A stretch of 64,000 bases of DNA from an uncultured virus (IMG/VR IMGVR_UViG_3300005573_001079) (Duplodnaviria; Heunggongvirae; Uroviricota; Caudoviricetes): positions 1 to 64,000 of IMG/VR virus record IMGVR_UViG_3300005573_001079; one strand, given 5' to 3'. Within the stretch, counting starts at the first letter, position 1; each line of letters opens with the position of its first letter. The position numbers and the translations under genes are program-made. Of the stretch, positions 46,690-56,765 are shown one piece after another. A model generated the notes under the pieces. That model saw only the letters and a program-made list of their open reading frames with translations, was not told the DNA's origin and made no database searches.

Positions 46690-47610
46690 TTAATTATGGC
46701 TTCCTACCGAAACTCCGTTTGCATTTACGATTGCCATACCTAAATTTTCGTATCCTACATACCCTATTTTTGCTTCTGCAGGAATATCATTTGGCATTAA
46801 AATTACCTCTGTACGAATTGGTAATACACCAAAAAATCTTGGTTCTGCAATTGCGTAAACAGTACCTTTAGGCACCTTACGGGATACAATTATATCAATA
46901 CCCCAAATAGTTCCATAAAGACCAGTTTCCAAAATCTCTCTCATAGTTACAGGATCTAAATCTGTATTATCCCATCCTCTAATGTCTTTGAAAGATGCAA
47001 ATCTCATTAAGAATCCATAACAAGGTAAATCATGATCCATAACTATACTAGATAAATTATTGAGGAAATATTTATCGCATCCTGTTGTAGAAGTAGTAAT
47101 TGGATTATTATTAGTATTATTTTGAGTAACAGTATTTAGTAAATGTAAAAACTGTTCGTCTTCTTGCTCTTGTATAGCGATTCTTATCTTTTCTTGAGTA
47201 CGATCAAGAATATTAAAACGTCTTTCTTGTATTTCTTTTAACCTAATTGAAGCAGGAGCAAATATCTCCCAGGTATTAGGTTCTACATATTCACCTTCAA
47301 CTGTCCATTCATCAACTTTTCCTCTTTTTGATACAACGTATGCGGGAACGTTAATATCTTTATCGTATCTTGCAATTTGTCCTTGAGCAAGAACGTCTAT
47401 TTCAAAAAACTTACGAGCTGTACCTACATAATCCAATTGAGTACGAATAGGAACTGCCATTTGAGCTCCTATAGCTTGACGTCCTGCTTCAGTTAACAAC
47501 GCATTCCATATTTCGTCATTATTCAGAACAGAATCAGAATAATTCTGATATGGATCTACTGTAGTTCCTGCCTCTTTAATGGCGAATCCTTTTTTTGGTT
47601 TTGTGTTCAT
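46690..47610 (-). CDS. Major capsid protein (HK97 fold)
   Basis: 306 aa: GRQAIGAQMAVPIRTQLDY...RRFNILDR...IQEQED...GTIWGIDIIVS...IGYVGYENLGM. Strong RBS, own terminator, and follows scaffold and cement genes. Confidence 0.88.
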   Translation of the reverse strand: MNTKPKKGFAIKEAGTTVDPYQNYSDSVLNNDEIWNALLTEAGRQAIGAQMAVPIRTQLDYVGTARKFFEIDVLAQGQIARYDKDINVPAYVVSKRGKVDEWTVEGEYVEPNTWEIFAPASIRLKEIQERRFNILDRTQEKIRIAIQEQEDEQFLHLLNTVTQNNTNNNPITTSTTGCDKYFLNNLSSIVMDHDLPCYGFLMRFASFKDIRGWDNTDLDPVTMREILETGLYGTIWGIDIIVSRKVPKGTVYAIAEPRFFGVLPIRTEVILMPNDIPAEAKIGYVGYENLGMAIVNANGVSVGSHN

Positions 47611-47637
47611 TTTTTACTTACTCCTTTTTTTTGTTGA

Positions 47638-47729
47638 ACGAATTTTTTAATTCGTAAGAATTATAAGGCAATGCCTTATAATAAAAATTTTCAAAACTTT
47701 AAATCTAAGGGCCATTGGTAATGGCCCTT
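47638..47729 (-). promoter_or_regulatory. Three consecutive hairpins upstream of the capsid gene
   Basis: aagggccatt-ggt-aatggccctt (47707-47729), attataaggc-aat-gccttataat (47660-47682), acgaatt-tttt-aattcgt (47638-47655). Confidence 0.6.
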
Positions 47730-47743
47730 CTTAAAAACAACTG

Positions 47744-48187
47744 CTAAAATCTTAAAATTACTCCAAGTCCATAGTTGTTAGTAGCAGATGGAACTTGGAA
47801 AACTTTACCATAAACCGATCCTGTTACAACAGTTGTAAACTTGCCATTCCCACTAACATACAAACTTTGACCTGGCAAAGCATTTTCAACATCAGACTCA
47901 TATGCTCTATTACTTGAATTTGTTTGAACTTCTTGACTATGATCAATAATAACTTTAGTACCAGCCCCATAAATACAAGTAACTAAAGACCCTGTAGGAG
48001 GAGAATTAAGTTCACTAGGACTATCTGCTAATAAGAACATTGTTTCATCTGTAGATGCAATCTTAATAGAAGTCCCAGCGCTATTAAGTGTTCCTAGTTG
48101 TCCTGGCATCCATCCACTATTTAATACGGTAGTGGATACAGGGAAAGTATCTTTAGCAAATGCGTGATAGATTATTACTTTAGACAT
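47744..48187 (-). CDS. Capsid cement / decoration protein
   Basis: 147 aa between scaffold and capsid. PGQSLYVSGNGKFTT...YGKVFQVP is a beta-tulip-like pattern. Confidence 0.7.
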   Translation of the reverse strand: MSKVIIYHAFAKDTFPVSTTVLNSGWMPGQLGTLNSAGTSIKIASTDETMFLLADSPSELNSPPTGSLVTCIYGAGTKVIIDHSQEVQTNSSNRAYESDVENALPGQSLYVSGNGKFTTVVTGSVYGKVFQVPSATNNYGLGVILRF

Positions 48188-48233
48188 ATTATTTAACTCC
48201 TTTTTTTAATTTTTTTACAATAAAACGACTTAA

Positions 48234-49973
48234 TCACGATTTTTTATATCTTGCAACTCTTAATCTTACTTGAGAAGGATCAACTCCTTTATTCTTTAAC
48301 TTTTTCTCTACCGTAGTAAACATATCAGATAATTGTAAACTAGATGGTGTACTTATAGCCACTTGAGGTACAAAACTTGCAGATTTTGTAATTTCTGCAT
48401 CTGATTCTAAGCTTTTGTCAATCCCTTCTGTTTTTGATTTAGCGTTAGGATCTCTCACTCCAGATAATGTATTTCCAACTATTCCAGAATCTGCATCTGG
48501 TATAGTAGCTTCTTTTAATGCAGCTTCATTTACTAATGGTAATTCATTTAACATCTTTTCTGTAAATTCAATAGTTTCTTCGCTCTTACTCATTATTTCT
48601 TTAGCATATTTCTTAACTGCTTCCTTATTCCATTCGATTAATCCGCCAGCAGCTGCTAACCTTGCTAATTCAACACCTCTTCTTGCTTTTGCTAATAACT
48701 CTTCTCTAGTAGAACTAATTTTTCCTGTACCATCTTTAGCTTTTCCAAACTCTTCTCCTTCAGTAACAGAATTCTTTTCTGGTTTATAATCTATATTTTC
48801 TTTTTCTACTTTTCTTTTCTTTGTCAATTGTGATGCATATTCTTTATCTCCATATGCATCTTCATAATATTTTTTTACACCATTAGAATTAGCAGCTTCT
48901 TTAGAAAGGGTAGGATTAAGATATTGTCCATTAACTTCTTTTCTTACAGCTTCTAATCCATCTTCTATAACTGCTTCACAAATTAAATTAGCATATGCTT
49001 TACTTGCAAAGTTTCTCAGACCTTTTTCATCTTTTGCTCCTAAATGATCTGGTGCATTTGCAAAAGTATATCTAATTGCTCTCCCTTCTCTAGAATCATA
49101 AATATCATAATATTGACCAACTGGATTATAAGATGCATTTACAAAAGGTTTTTCATCGTGTGGATTTCCTTCATCTTTCAATCTAGGATCAGATGCTGGG
49201 TTCTGCATCTTATCTTCTTTTTCTTTATCTTTGTCAAATTCTTTTGCACCTGCTTGCCAATGTCTTAATTCTATTTCTGCAGGATTTTTTCCTTCAGGCC
49301 ATTTATCTCCTGTAAATTTAGCTCCTGTCGGTGGAACTGCAGTTCCTTCTCTCTCAAGAGAACTCTTTTTAACATATCCTGCTTTTGCTAAAATTTTATC
49401 AAGTAGCGTCATTTGCTTAAGAGTATTAGCAACTTGTTTTAACTCTGGATGAGTAATTTCATCTTCATCTACAGAATCTTTTTTAACTCTCTTCTTAATA
49501 AATGCCCAATGTTTTAATGCACTATTTGCTTCTAATATAGCATTATATGCAGCAGAACTTAAATTCTTAACATTAGAAGCAAACTTATTACTAATACGTT
49601 TATAAGAAACCTTTTCAACTTCTTCTTCTGCTTGATTAACTAAAGAATCGAGATTTTCTATAACATCTTGAATATCTTCTTTAGCTTCGTCTAAAACTTT
49701 TTTAGCATCTTCTGTAGTTTCGATTTTTACTTCTTCTTCTGGTTCTTCTTCAAGTTCTTCTTCTGGTTCTTCTTCAGGTTCTTCTAATTTAAATTTAGAT
49801 TTTTCTAAAACTTTTTTCTCAGTTGGTTCTGTTTCCATTTCGTTATCGAGCTTAATATCTTTTGGCTTTATCTCTTCGAGGTCTTCTAAAAACTCCTCAG
49901 CTGCCTTCTTCGAAAGCTTCAAGTCTTTTATCATATCAATAAGACTTTCTTTAATTTTACTTGTTGTCATCAT
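48234..49973 (-). CDS. Putative capsid scaffolding / prohead core protein
   Basis: Highly charged, with EEPEEE low-complexity runs; lies between protease and cement/capsid. Confidence 0.65.
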   Translation of the reverse strand: MMTTSKIKESLIDMIKDLKLSKKAAEEFLEDLEEIKPKDIKLDNEMETEPTEKKVLEKSKFKLEEPEEEPEEELEEEPEEEVKIETTEDAKKVLDEAKEDIQDVIENLDSLVNQAEEEVEKVSYKRISNKFASNVKNLSSAAYNAILEANSALKHWAFIKKRVKKDSVDEDEITHPELKQVANTLKQMTLLDKILAKAGYVKKSSLEREGTAVPPTGAKFTGDKWPEGKNPAEIELRHWQAGAKEFDKDKEKEDKMQNPASDPRLKDEGNPHDEKPFVNASYNPVGQYYDIYDSREGRAIRYTFANAPDHLGAKDEKGLRNFASKAYANLICEAVIEDGLEAVRKEVNGQYLNPTLSKEAANSNGVKKYYEDAYGDKEYASQLTKKRKVEKENIDYKPEKNSVTEGEEFGKAKDGTGKISSTREELLAKARRGVELARLAAAGGLIEWNKEAVKKYAKEIMSKSEETIEFTEKMLNELPLVNEAALKEATIPDADSGIVGNTLSGVRDPNAKSKTEGIDKSLESDAEITKSASFVPQVAISTPSSLQLSDMFTTVEKKLKNKGVDPSQVRLRVARYKKS

Positions 49974-50039
49974 TTTTAAGCTCCTTTTTTTTTGTTTGCA
50001 AACTTTTATAAATCTAACAATTAATAGTTAGTAACTAAA

Positions 50040-50351
50040 ATAAGATATACAAAAAACTTAAATTTTCTAATCTCTTAACTAAAGTAATAAAATAAAAAGT
50101 TTTTGTAAATATAATTTTTTTTTCTAAATACTGTTAAAAAAAAAGATTTGTCAAAAGAAAGATTTGTTATAAAAAACACTAGAAGTTTTAATAAAGATGT
50201 GTAATATAAGTTTAAACCTTTTCTTATATATTTAAATCTAAGTCACCGTCGGTGATTTCTTGTTAGAGAAGTAATGAAATTCTCTGTTTCTTTCAACCTC
50301 ATTAAGTTTATAAAGAATAAGCATGTTGTTAAAACTTAATTTACTTAACAT
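50040..50351 (-). pseudogene. Decayed orphan copy of an LRR array gene
   Basis: From ATG 50351: MLSKLSFNNMLILYKLNEVE, then frameshifted QEITDGDLDL and later YLEKKLYLQK, with stops. The 3' boundary is approximate. Confidence 0.75.
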
Positions 50352-50410
50352 AAATTCTTCTTTTTACTTTATACAAAAGGTGTTTTATAAATAAAATTTT
50401 CCTTTGTCCA

Positions 50411-51436
50411 TTACCATTTCACTTCACATCCTTTACTTACAATACCTTCTTCTTGTAATAAAGAATAAATATCTAATAAAACATCATCCCCTATCATATT
50501 CCTTACATATCTCAAATAATCTTTATATTCCATATCATTTTGAGAACTTATTTTCTCTAAAGCTTTAGCTACTTCATATGCTGGAGACTTAACAATAGAA
50601 AGTTCAAAAAATGAAAGTTTATGATTTATTTCTCCATTTCTTACTGCAACCCCTTTATTAGAAATCCCATTTAACACTTCATCAACATCTTTTTTGGATA
50701 CAACTACATGTTTTAACCACTCAGGTCTTAATAAGTCTTTATCTAACAAATCTCTTATATTATTAGCAGATACAACTGTTATAGCACCTTTACGAATTGG
50801 TTTCATATGATCACAATAGTCTGATGCAAACCTAGCTTTGTTACCACAAACACTACATATGCTATACTCTACGTTCGTTCCCATAGAACAAAATAGTTTT
50901 TGTCCTGTATCAATCATTTTTATAATGCGTTCTAACGCTCTTTCTACTTCTGGTTCCAAAATCTTCTTTCCTAATAATGTTGTATCTATCTTCATTAATA
51001 CTTCTATAGAACCATCTTTCTGATTTGGAATACTAAGAATCTTAAGTCTCTTTTCTGCATTATCCTTTCCGTCTAAATCACTCCATCTACCAACACCATC
51101 AGGGTAAATAAAACGATTAAGATACGCATCTATTAATTCTCCAATTGCGCCTTTGTCACCTAATTTACTATTATGTTCATAATGAGCTCTTTTCCCTATG
51201 AATGACTTGTATCCATAACCTGGTTCATCATCTTCAAAATACTTATAAGGAAATCCGTCCCAATTAGAATTAAACCCTCCTTTTGGTTTATCAACCTCTA
51301 AGTTCCCAATTGCTCTAAACCTTAAATACCTATAATCTTTTGTATTTAGAGGAACGACCCTCTTTTCCTTCACAGCTATTTTAGATAAATCATTCGAAGG
51401 AAAAACCATTTGTAAAAAAGATCTTTTTACTAACAT
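50411..51436 (-). CDS. Putative prohead (capsid maturation) protease with zinc-binding insert
   Basis: NSNWDGF...HYEHN...GELID...CSMG...CSVCGN...CDH...FFELSIVKSPA; located between portal and scaffold. Confidence 0.78.
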   Translation of the reverse strand: MLVKRSFLQMVFPSNDLSKIAVKEKRVVPLNTKDYRYLRFRAIGNLEVDKPKGGFNSNWDGFPYKYFEDDEPGYGYKSFIGKRAHYEHNSKLGDKGAIGELIDAYLNRFIYPDGVGRWSDLDGKDNAEKRLKILSIPNQKDGSIEVLMKIDTTLLGKKILEPEVERALERIIKMIDTGQKLFCSMGTNVEYSICSVCGNKARFASDYCDHMKPIRKGAITVVSANNIRDLLDKDLLRPEWLKHVVVSKKDVDEVLNGISNKGVAVRNGEINHKLSFFELSIVKSPAYEVAKALEKISSQNDMEYKDYLRYVRNMIGDDVLLDIYSLLQEEGIVSKGCEVKW

Positions 51437-51448
51437 TTTTTCACCTTT

Positions 51449-52942
51449 TTAAATTTGTTGTAAAGATTCTCTATACATATTGTTTAAACTTTCTATTGCG
51501 TTTTTATCATTTTTCAACAACCTATTAATAAAATCGTGAAATTCAGGAGATGGCATTTGAACAAGCTTATAATAGAGAATCGAAAGAGCTCTATTATTAA
51601 TTTCTCCATCTATTAATGTTAAGATTTTTTTCCAAATTTCAGGTCCAAACCTAATATCCCAAGATTCATCTTCTAAAGAATCTGCTTGAGAAAGCACCTC
51701 ATTTCTTAATTTCTCATCTTCTGGTAATCCATGCATTGATATTAACTCCATTACTCCTTTTACTAACTCTTGTACTAAAATAGGAAAATTCACAGCTCTT
51801 GCAATTATTTTTGGTACTTCTCCAGAAAGATCAACTCTTACCATACCACCAACAGGAGCAGGAATACCACCCTCAACTTCGCTATTAGGTGGCAATACTA
51901 ACGGCGGGGCTACCCAATAACCTAATTCTGTAAATATTGAAAACAACGCATATTTATCTATTAATGAAGGATCTATATGATCTAACATTCTTTTTACAAG
52001 ATGAAATGCATGTAAACTATTTATAGCAGCTCCTTGTATTAATCCATTTATAAATCTTCTTTTAGCAGATTCTAAACTAAGATCTATATTAGTTGTTAAT
52101 TGTTCTTCTACGTCAACTTCCGGAGAGCTTAGGTTCTTGATTTTACTTCCTGTACTATCATTATTTACAACCCTTTCAATTTTTGCATCAAACTCTATTT
52201 CATCTTCTATCCCATATAGGTCTTTTACAATAGATATAGCTAAATCTTCTAAAGCTGGAATATATTCTGATTCTGTTTGTTGTATATCTTGTAATAAGAT
52301 CATCATCCCTTGTGCAATATCAGAAACAGTACGAACTCTTATATGAGAATATCTTTCTAATAATTTTAGTAAGTATTGAAATCTTGAAGACGCTATATCT
52401 TTTAAAAATGTTCCACTTGGTATAGAAGGTATAGAATGATATGGAGTATCATTTTTATCGATCTTTTCTGCTATATGAGGATGAATCTTTAGTGCGGCTT
52501 TTTTTTTAAGTGCTTCTTTTACGTTAGCTTTAGGTTGAGGTTCAGTACCGGGCTTAATATTTGGTTTTTTAAATGGATTAACCTTTTCAGGAGTTTGTGG
52601 AACTTCTTTTGTTGGTATTTCTACTGGTTCTTCATCTGGATCAATAGTAATAGTTTCGGGAGGCTCTTCTGCAGGTTCACTTTCGATATTTTTTATGAGA
52701 GCTTCTTTCCAACTTATTTTAATTTTTTTAGCGTTTTCTGATAAATCCTCTTTTAAAAAATCTAAATAATTGTCTTTAAAGAAATTTACCCCAACCTTGT
52801 TTAAGCAATTAAACCATTGAGGAGTGTCTTTAACGCCGGCCTCTTTTAAAATATTTTCAAGAGACTCCCCATCTACAAGTATTGAGGACTCATTTATTTG
52901 ATATCCATTTTTCTTTTTTGAAACCTTGTTAATTGATTTCAT
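51449..52942 (-). CDS. Hypothetical head-associated protein
   Basis: P/E-rich linker then a helical domain (KRRFINGLIQGAA, FPILVQELVKGVME, DIRFGPEIW); lies between portal and protease. Confidence 0.6.
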   Translation of the reverse strand: MKSINKVSKKKNGYQINESSILVDGESLENILKEAGVKDTPQWFNCLNKVGVNFFKDNYLDFLKEDLSENAKKIKISWKEALIKNIESEPAEEPPETITIDPDEEPVEIPTKEVPQTPEKVNPFKKPNIKPGTEPQPKANVKEALKKKAALKIHPHIAEKIDKNDTPYHSIPSIPSGTFLKDIASSRFQYLLKLLERYSHIRVRTVSDIAQGMMILLQDIQQTESEYIPALEDLAISIVKDLYGIEDEIEFDAKIERVVNNDSTGSKIKNLSSPEVDVEEQLTTNIDLSLESAKRRFINGLIQGAAINSLHAFHLVKRMLDHIDPSLIDKYALFSIFTELGYWVAPPLVLPPNSEVEGGIPAPVGGMVRVDLSGEVPKIIARAVNFPILVQELVKGVMELISMHGLPEDEKLRNEVLSQADSLEDESWDIRFGPEIWKKILTLIDGEINNRALSILYYKLVQMPSPEFHDFINRLLKNDKNAIESLNNMYRESLQQI

Positions 52943-52957
52943 ATCTACCTCTCTTTT

Positions 52958-54853
52958 TTATATTTTTTTCTTTTTTAATACTTTATTTTCTTTAATTAAA
53001 GTCATATCGTCTGAAAAAACTAATCTTTTAATAGGTTCTTCCATACTCTCTGCGATTCCTTCGGGAGCAGGTGGTGGTTCTGTACCTTCTGCTGTTTCTG
53101 GAGGACCTTCTGTTCCTGCAGGAATAGGTGGTTCTTCTCCTGTCAATCCTACCAAGTCTCCCCCTCCGAAATTAACTTCGTCAAAATTCATCCCTCCTCC
53201 TTTACCTTTATTTTTAGATAAATAAAAATCTAATAACCCCTCTTTCTGAAGTTCTTGATAAAACGCTTTCATTCTTTTAATATCATTAATTTTTGCTTTT
53301 AATTGATCATCCCTATCTAATTTGGCTAATCTTGCTATTAATCCAGAATCAACCAACTCAGGAAATTCTTCGTACATCCACCTTACGTAATTTTTCATAT
53401 TTTCATCATAAGATGCGTTTAATGCACCAAAATCAAGTTTTGGAAATACATATTCTTTTGAATATCTCTGATTATTCTTATTATATTCTGCAGTTTTCTT
53501 TAGCAAAAATTCTTTAAAATCAGGATTATTATAATCCTCTTTATAACTAAAAGCTTTTCTTATCTCTTTAAGAAAATTGTCTTCTTTACCATACTTAACT
53601 TTCTTTACACCTCCGTATCCTGCAAAAACTTGTTTGACTCTATAAAAACCACACATATCAGCAATAGGCTTAAATATACCATTATGAAATAAATACTCTA
53701 ACTTTAATTGTAAATTAAGAAATCTTTGTCTTTGTACTTCTAAAGAAATATAAGCTTGTCCATAAGATCCTCCTTGACCTGCAAGTAATTGTTCGTGAAC
53801 TCCTAAGCCTATGAACTTTAATCTATAAATTCTGTCAAGCTCTGGTCCTACTGGTAAAGCTCTACCATTTGAACCATAATATTCAATTCTAAAACCAGGG
53901 TGTGTTATATAAGTAAAATTAGGGTCTAATTCAAATGCTGCAATTGCATCTCTTACTTCCTCTAAATCTGATTCATCAGGTAACCAATTAAGATTTGGAT
54001 CTCCTACATGTGCAACGGTAAAAGGAACTGCGTGTCGAGTTGCTAATGCAAAATTAGCTTGATTAAGTCTATCTTCTAACATTAAAACTTTTAAAATTCT
54101 TTTTATTATAGACCTTCCTTTAGTTTCATATGGTCTCTTCGCATGAGTAAGAATAAAAGTATTGTTTGGATCTAATGGGATCTCTCTATTCAAAAAAACA
54201 TATTTCTTTACTTCTTCGGGAATTTGTTTATATAAAAACTGTGGAGATTGTGTTTGAACAATTCTTTTTAATGCTTCATCTGGTATTAACTTAACTAAAG
54301 GGTTTTCATTTATCCACGTACTTTCAATTTTTACATAATCAGGATTTAAAATAGCAAACTGATCCCACATATAATCAATTTCATTATATGCACCAAATAA
54401 TACTACAGTACCGATTTCATAATACTCCATAACTAAGTCAGTTATTAACTTATAAGCGTTTATTCTATCCCACATTTCTTCATAATGTTGTTGAACTCCA
54501 CTATCTTCACATATACCTAATCGAAGACTCGAAAGAGGTAATTCCGTTAAAATTTTTAAAGATGCCCCAACTATCGGATCTGTTTCTGAAAAGAACCTAT
54601 ATAAACCATGTAAGCTTCTTTCATCTGTAGGAATTGCTAAAGTAGAGCTTGTATAGCGTGGATCATTAAAAAGAGGTGCTGTACGAGAAGTATCTAAAAA
54701 ACCTACTTTTTGCATTAAAGCATAATTCTTAATCTTATCAGTATTCCCTGCAACTTTTAATGGTTTGGGTAAAGAAAAAGAAGTAATAGAAGAATTTCTT
54801 TGACTCAATGCACTTCTAAAATTTTCTTCTGTTCCTTTGATAATAAATGCCAT
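52958..54853 (-). CDS. Portal protein
   Basis: YRFFSETDPIVG...EYYEIG...LNPDYV...GRSIIKR...GGSYGQAYISLE and a P/E/G-rich tail; position between terminase and protease. Confidence 0.82.
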   Translation of the reverse strand: MAFIIKGTEENFRSALSQRNSSITSFSLPKPLKVAGNTDKIKNYALMQKVGFLDTSRTAPLFNDPRYTSSTLAIPTDERSLHGLYRFFSETDPIVGASLKILTELPLSSLRLGICEDSGVQQHYEEMWDRINAYKLITDLVMEYYEIGTVVLFGAYNEIDYMWDQFAILNPDYVKIESTWINENPLVKLIPDEALKRIVQTQSPQFLYKQIPEEVKKYVFLNREIPLDPNNTFILTHAKRPYETKGRSIIKRILKVLMLEDRLNQANFALATRHAVPFTVAHVGDPNLNWLPDESDLEEVRDAIAAFELDPNFTYITHPGFRIEYYGSNGRALPVGPELDRIYRLKFIGLGVHEQLLAGQGGSYGQAYISLEVQRQRFLNLQLKLEYLFHNGIFKPIADMCGFYRVKQVFAGYGGVKKVKYGKEDNFLKEIRKAFSYKEDYNNPDFKEFLLKKTAEYNKNNQRYSKEYVFPKLDFGALNASYDENMKNYVRWMYEEFPELVDSGLIARLAKLDRDDQLKAKINDIKRMKAFYQELQKEGLLDFYLSKNKGKGGGMNFDEVNFGGGDLVGLTGEEPPIPAGTEGPPETAEGTEPPPAPEGIAESMEEPIKRLVFSDDMTLIKENKVLKKKKI

Positions 54854-54878
54854 ACGTTAACTCTTTTTTTCTTATATT

Positions 54879-54888
54879 TAATATTTAG
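54879..54888 (-). promoter_or_regulatory. Putative late promoter motif CTAAATATTA (portal)
   Basis: Same motif, about 25 nt upstream of the portal start. Confidence 0.55.
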
Positions 54889-55023
54889 AAATATTAATCA
54901 GTTTTACTATCAAAATTTTTAGATTTAGAAAACCCTAATACATATACAGAATAAAGAATATAATAAAGAGCATTTTTTATAGAATTATCTATACTATCAA
55001 TATTTAAAACTTTTAATATTTCC

Positions 55024-56316
55024 TCAATCTTTTTTAGTAGTGTATTTCTCACAAGACACCACTGATAAAAATTGTGCAATTAATCCATTTTCAAAATGCC
55101 TTACAAAAGCCTCTGCCGCTCTTTGTGCTCCTACAAAACCTTTATCGTAATGCCAAGTATCAGTAGCAGATAATGCTCGTAATACTCTTACCATAACACC
55201 TTGAGATTCGTCCTCTCTTAAATATGTAAAAATTTCTTTCTTATGATGTTTATCTCCAGTTTGCCACTCTCTAAACTTAGTAATAGCCCACCATTCGGGT
55301 TGTTCTAAAGACATTAACAAAGGCAACTTTTTTAAATCTTCATAATATCCATGAGTAAATCCTATCAAATTCTTGCCATACAAGTAATATTTCCTTTTCA
55401 CTGCTCTATTATCTACTGTTACATTAGGATTGTTATGATACCAACATTCTAAAGAATCTCCTAAATAAAAAGTTCTTTCTTCATCATGATTTCCAGGAAC
55501 TATAACAACGTCTACTGGTGCAATTGTAGATAACATATCAATCATTCTTATAGCTAATAACCTTCCTTTTTTAAAGGTTTTTTGATATCTTGTGTCTTCT
55601 TGTTGAAGAGTATTATGAACAGTAGTATTAAATTTATTGTTTACATTAAAATAATCATTACCTACTGGAAATAGTATTCTATCAATAGTATAAACGGAAC
55701 TTTGATTAATCAAAGAACTTAATGAATCGAGAGCAACTTCTTCTGCAATTTTGATATCATAATCTTCTCCACTCTCTTCATTCCACGCAAGTTTTCCAAA
55801 ATGTAAATCAGGCATATCAATTTCAAGCAAATACTTTTCTTTGTGTTTTTTATAAAAAATCTTTGGATATTTTGGAGAAAATTTTTTAATCTCGTCTTTA
55901 ATTTCTTCTTTAATATTTTTTAAAAGTATTTCCTCTTTTTTTCGTCGCAACCATGCTTTTACTTGATATAAAGGTTTTATCTCAACTCCATCTTTAGGAG
56001 TTTTTACACCCACTTCCCACTTATTACAAACCCATCTTTCTATTTCCCATATACTTGTGTCGATGTTACAAACTCTTATTAAATCTTGTTCATTTAAAAC
56101 TCTCTCATTAACAGTAGAAGTAATTTCCGCAACATCTTTATTAGCGGAAACAAGCTCTTTTAAGTATTTTCTAGAAGGCGGATGAAAGTCAGTTTCATTA
56201 ATAGAAAAAGTTTTTCCACATACTTTACAAAAATATCTTTGTTTTTTATTAACAGAAAACCCCCGTTTTACGAAGGAAGTATTATTACAATAAGGACATA
56301 CTAACGGTGGTGTCAT
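55024..56316 (-). CDS. Calcineurin-like metallophosphoesterase with N-terminal zinc ribbon
   Basis: DLHFG, GND, GNHD, THG and GDKHH motifs. N-terminus CPYC...KRG...QRYFCKVCGKTF. Confidence 0.85.
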   Translation of the reverse strand: MTPPLVCPYCNNTSFVKRGFSVNKKQRYFCKVCGKTFSINETDFHPPSRKYLKELVSANKDVAEITSTVNERVLNEQDLIRVCNIDTSIWEIERWVCNKWEVGVKTPKDGVEIKPLYQVKAWLRRKKEEILLKNIKEEIKDEIKKFSPKYPKIFYKKHKEKYLLEIDMPDLHFGKLAWNEESGEDYDIKIAEEVALDSLSSLINQSSVYTIDRILFPVGNDYFNVNNKFNTTVHNTLQQEDTRYQKTFKKGRLLAIRMIDMLSTIAPVDVVIVPGNHDEERTFYLGDSLECWYHNNPNVTVDNRAVKRKYYLYGKNLIGFTHGYYEDLKKLPLLMSLEQPEWWAITKFREWQTGDKHHKKEIFTYLREDESQGVMVRVLRALSATDTWHYDKGFVGAQRAAEAFVRHFENGLIAQFLSVVSCEKYTTKKD

Positions 56317-56327
56317 GCGTTACTCCT

Positions 56328-56765
56328 TTATTTATATGGAACTTCACTTCTTAAAGATTCATCTCTTTCAACATTTTGGTGTAATCCTTTCTCAAAAATC
56401 ATTTCTTCATCATTTTTTGTATTTCTTTTTTTATAATCTTCATTATCTTTTTGTTTACTTGGATATAAATTCAATTCGTTTAGCGGAGAAATATCATAAA
56501 ACTCTTCTGATTCTTTATCTAAACTACTCCAACACAATTTAGAAGAAGTAACACCTGTGTAAGCTTGTTGAGGCAAACTATCTAACTCTTGATAAACTTT
56601 TGGATCTTTTTTATACTCCTGAGTGTCTTCTCCTATATACTCATCTTTTGGAAAAGGTAAATCTTTATCCTCCCAATGAAACATAACAAGATCTTTGTAA
56701 AATGGTTGATCCACATCACTTTTATCAGTATATGTTTCTGGTGAAGAAAATTTTAGTTTACTCAT
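56328..56765 (-). CDS. Hypothetical acidic protein
   Basis: ATG at 56765 overlaps the upstream stop (TAATG); track start 56774. Confidence 0.6.
   Translation of the reverse strand: MSKLKFSSPETYTDKSDVDQPFYKDLVMFHWEDKDLPFPKDEYIGEDTQEYKKDPKVYQELDSLPQQAYTGVTSSKLCWSSLDKESEEFYDISPLNELNLYPSKQKDNEDYKKRNTKNDEEMIFEKGLHQNVERDESLRSEVPYK

Noticed and set aside
54894..55079. 61-aa minus-strand ORF between phosphoesterase and portal
   Set aside because: TTG start inside the upstream gene, no clear RBS, low complexity. A shorter real gene is possible but unsupported.
56215..56300. IS1-like element suggested by the InsA-type zinc ribbon
   Set aside because: No transposase catalytic domain or terminal inverted repeats; the ribbon is fused in frame to a phosphoesterase.
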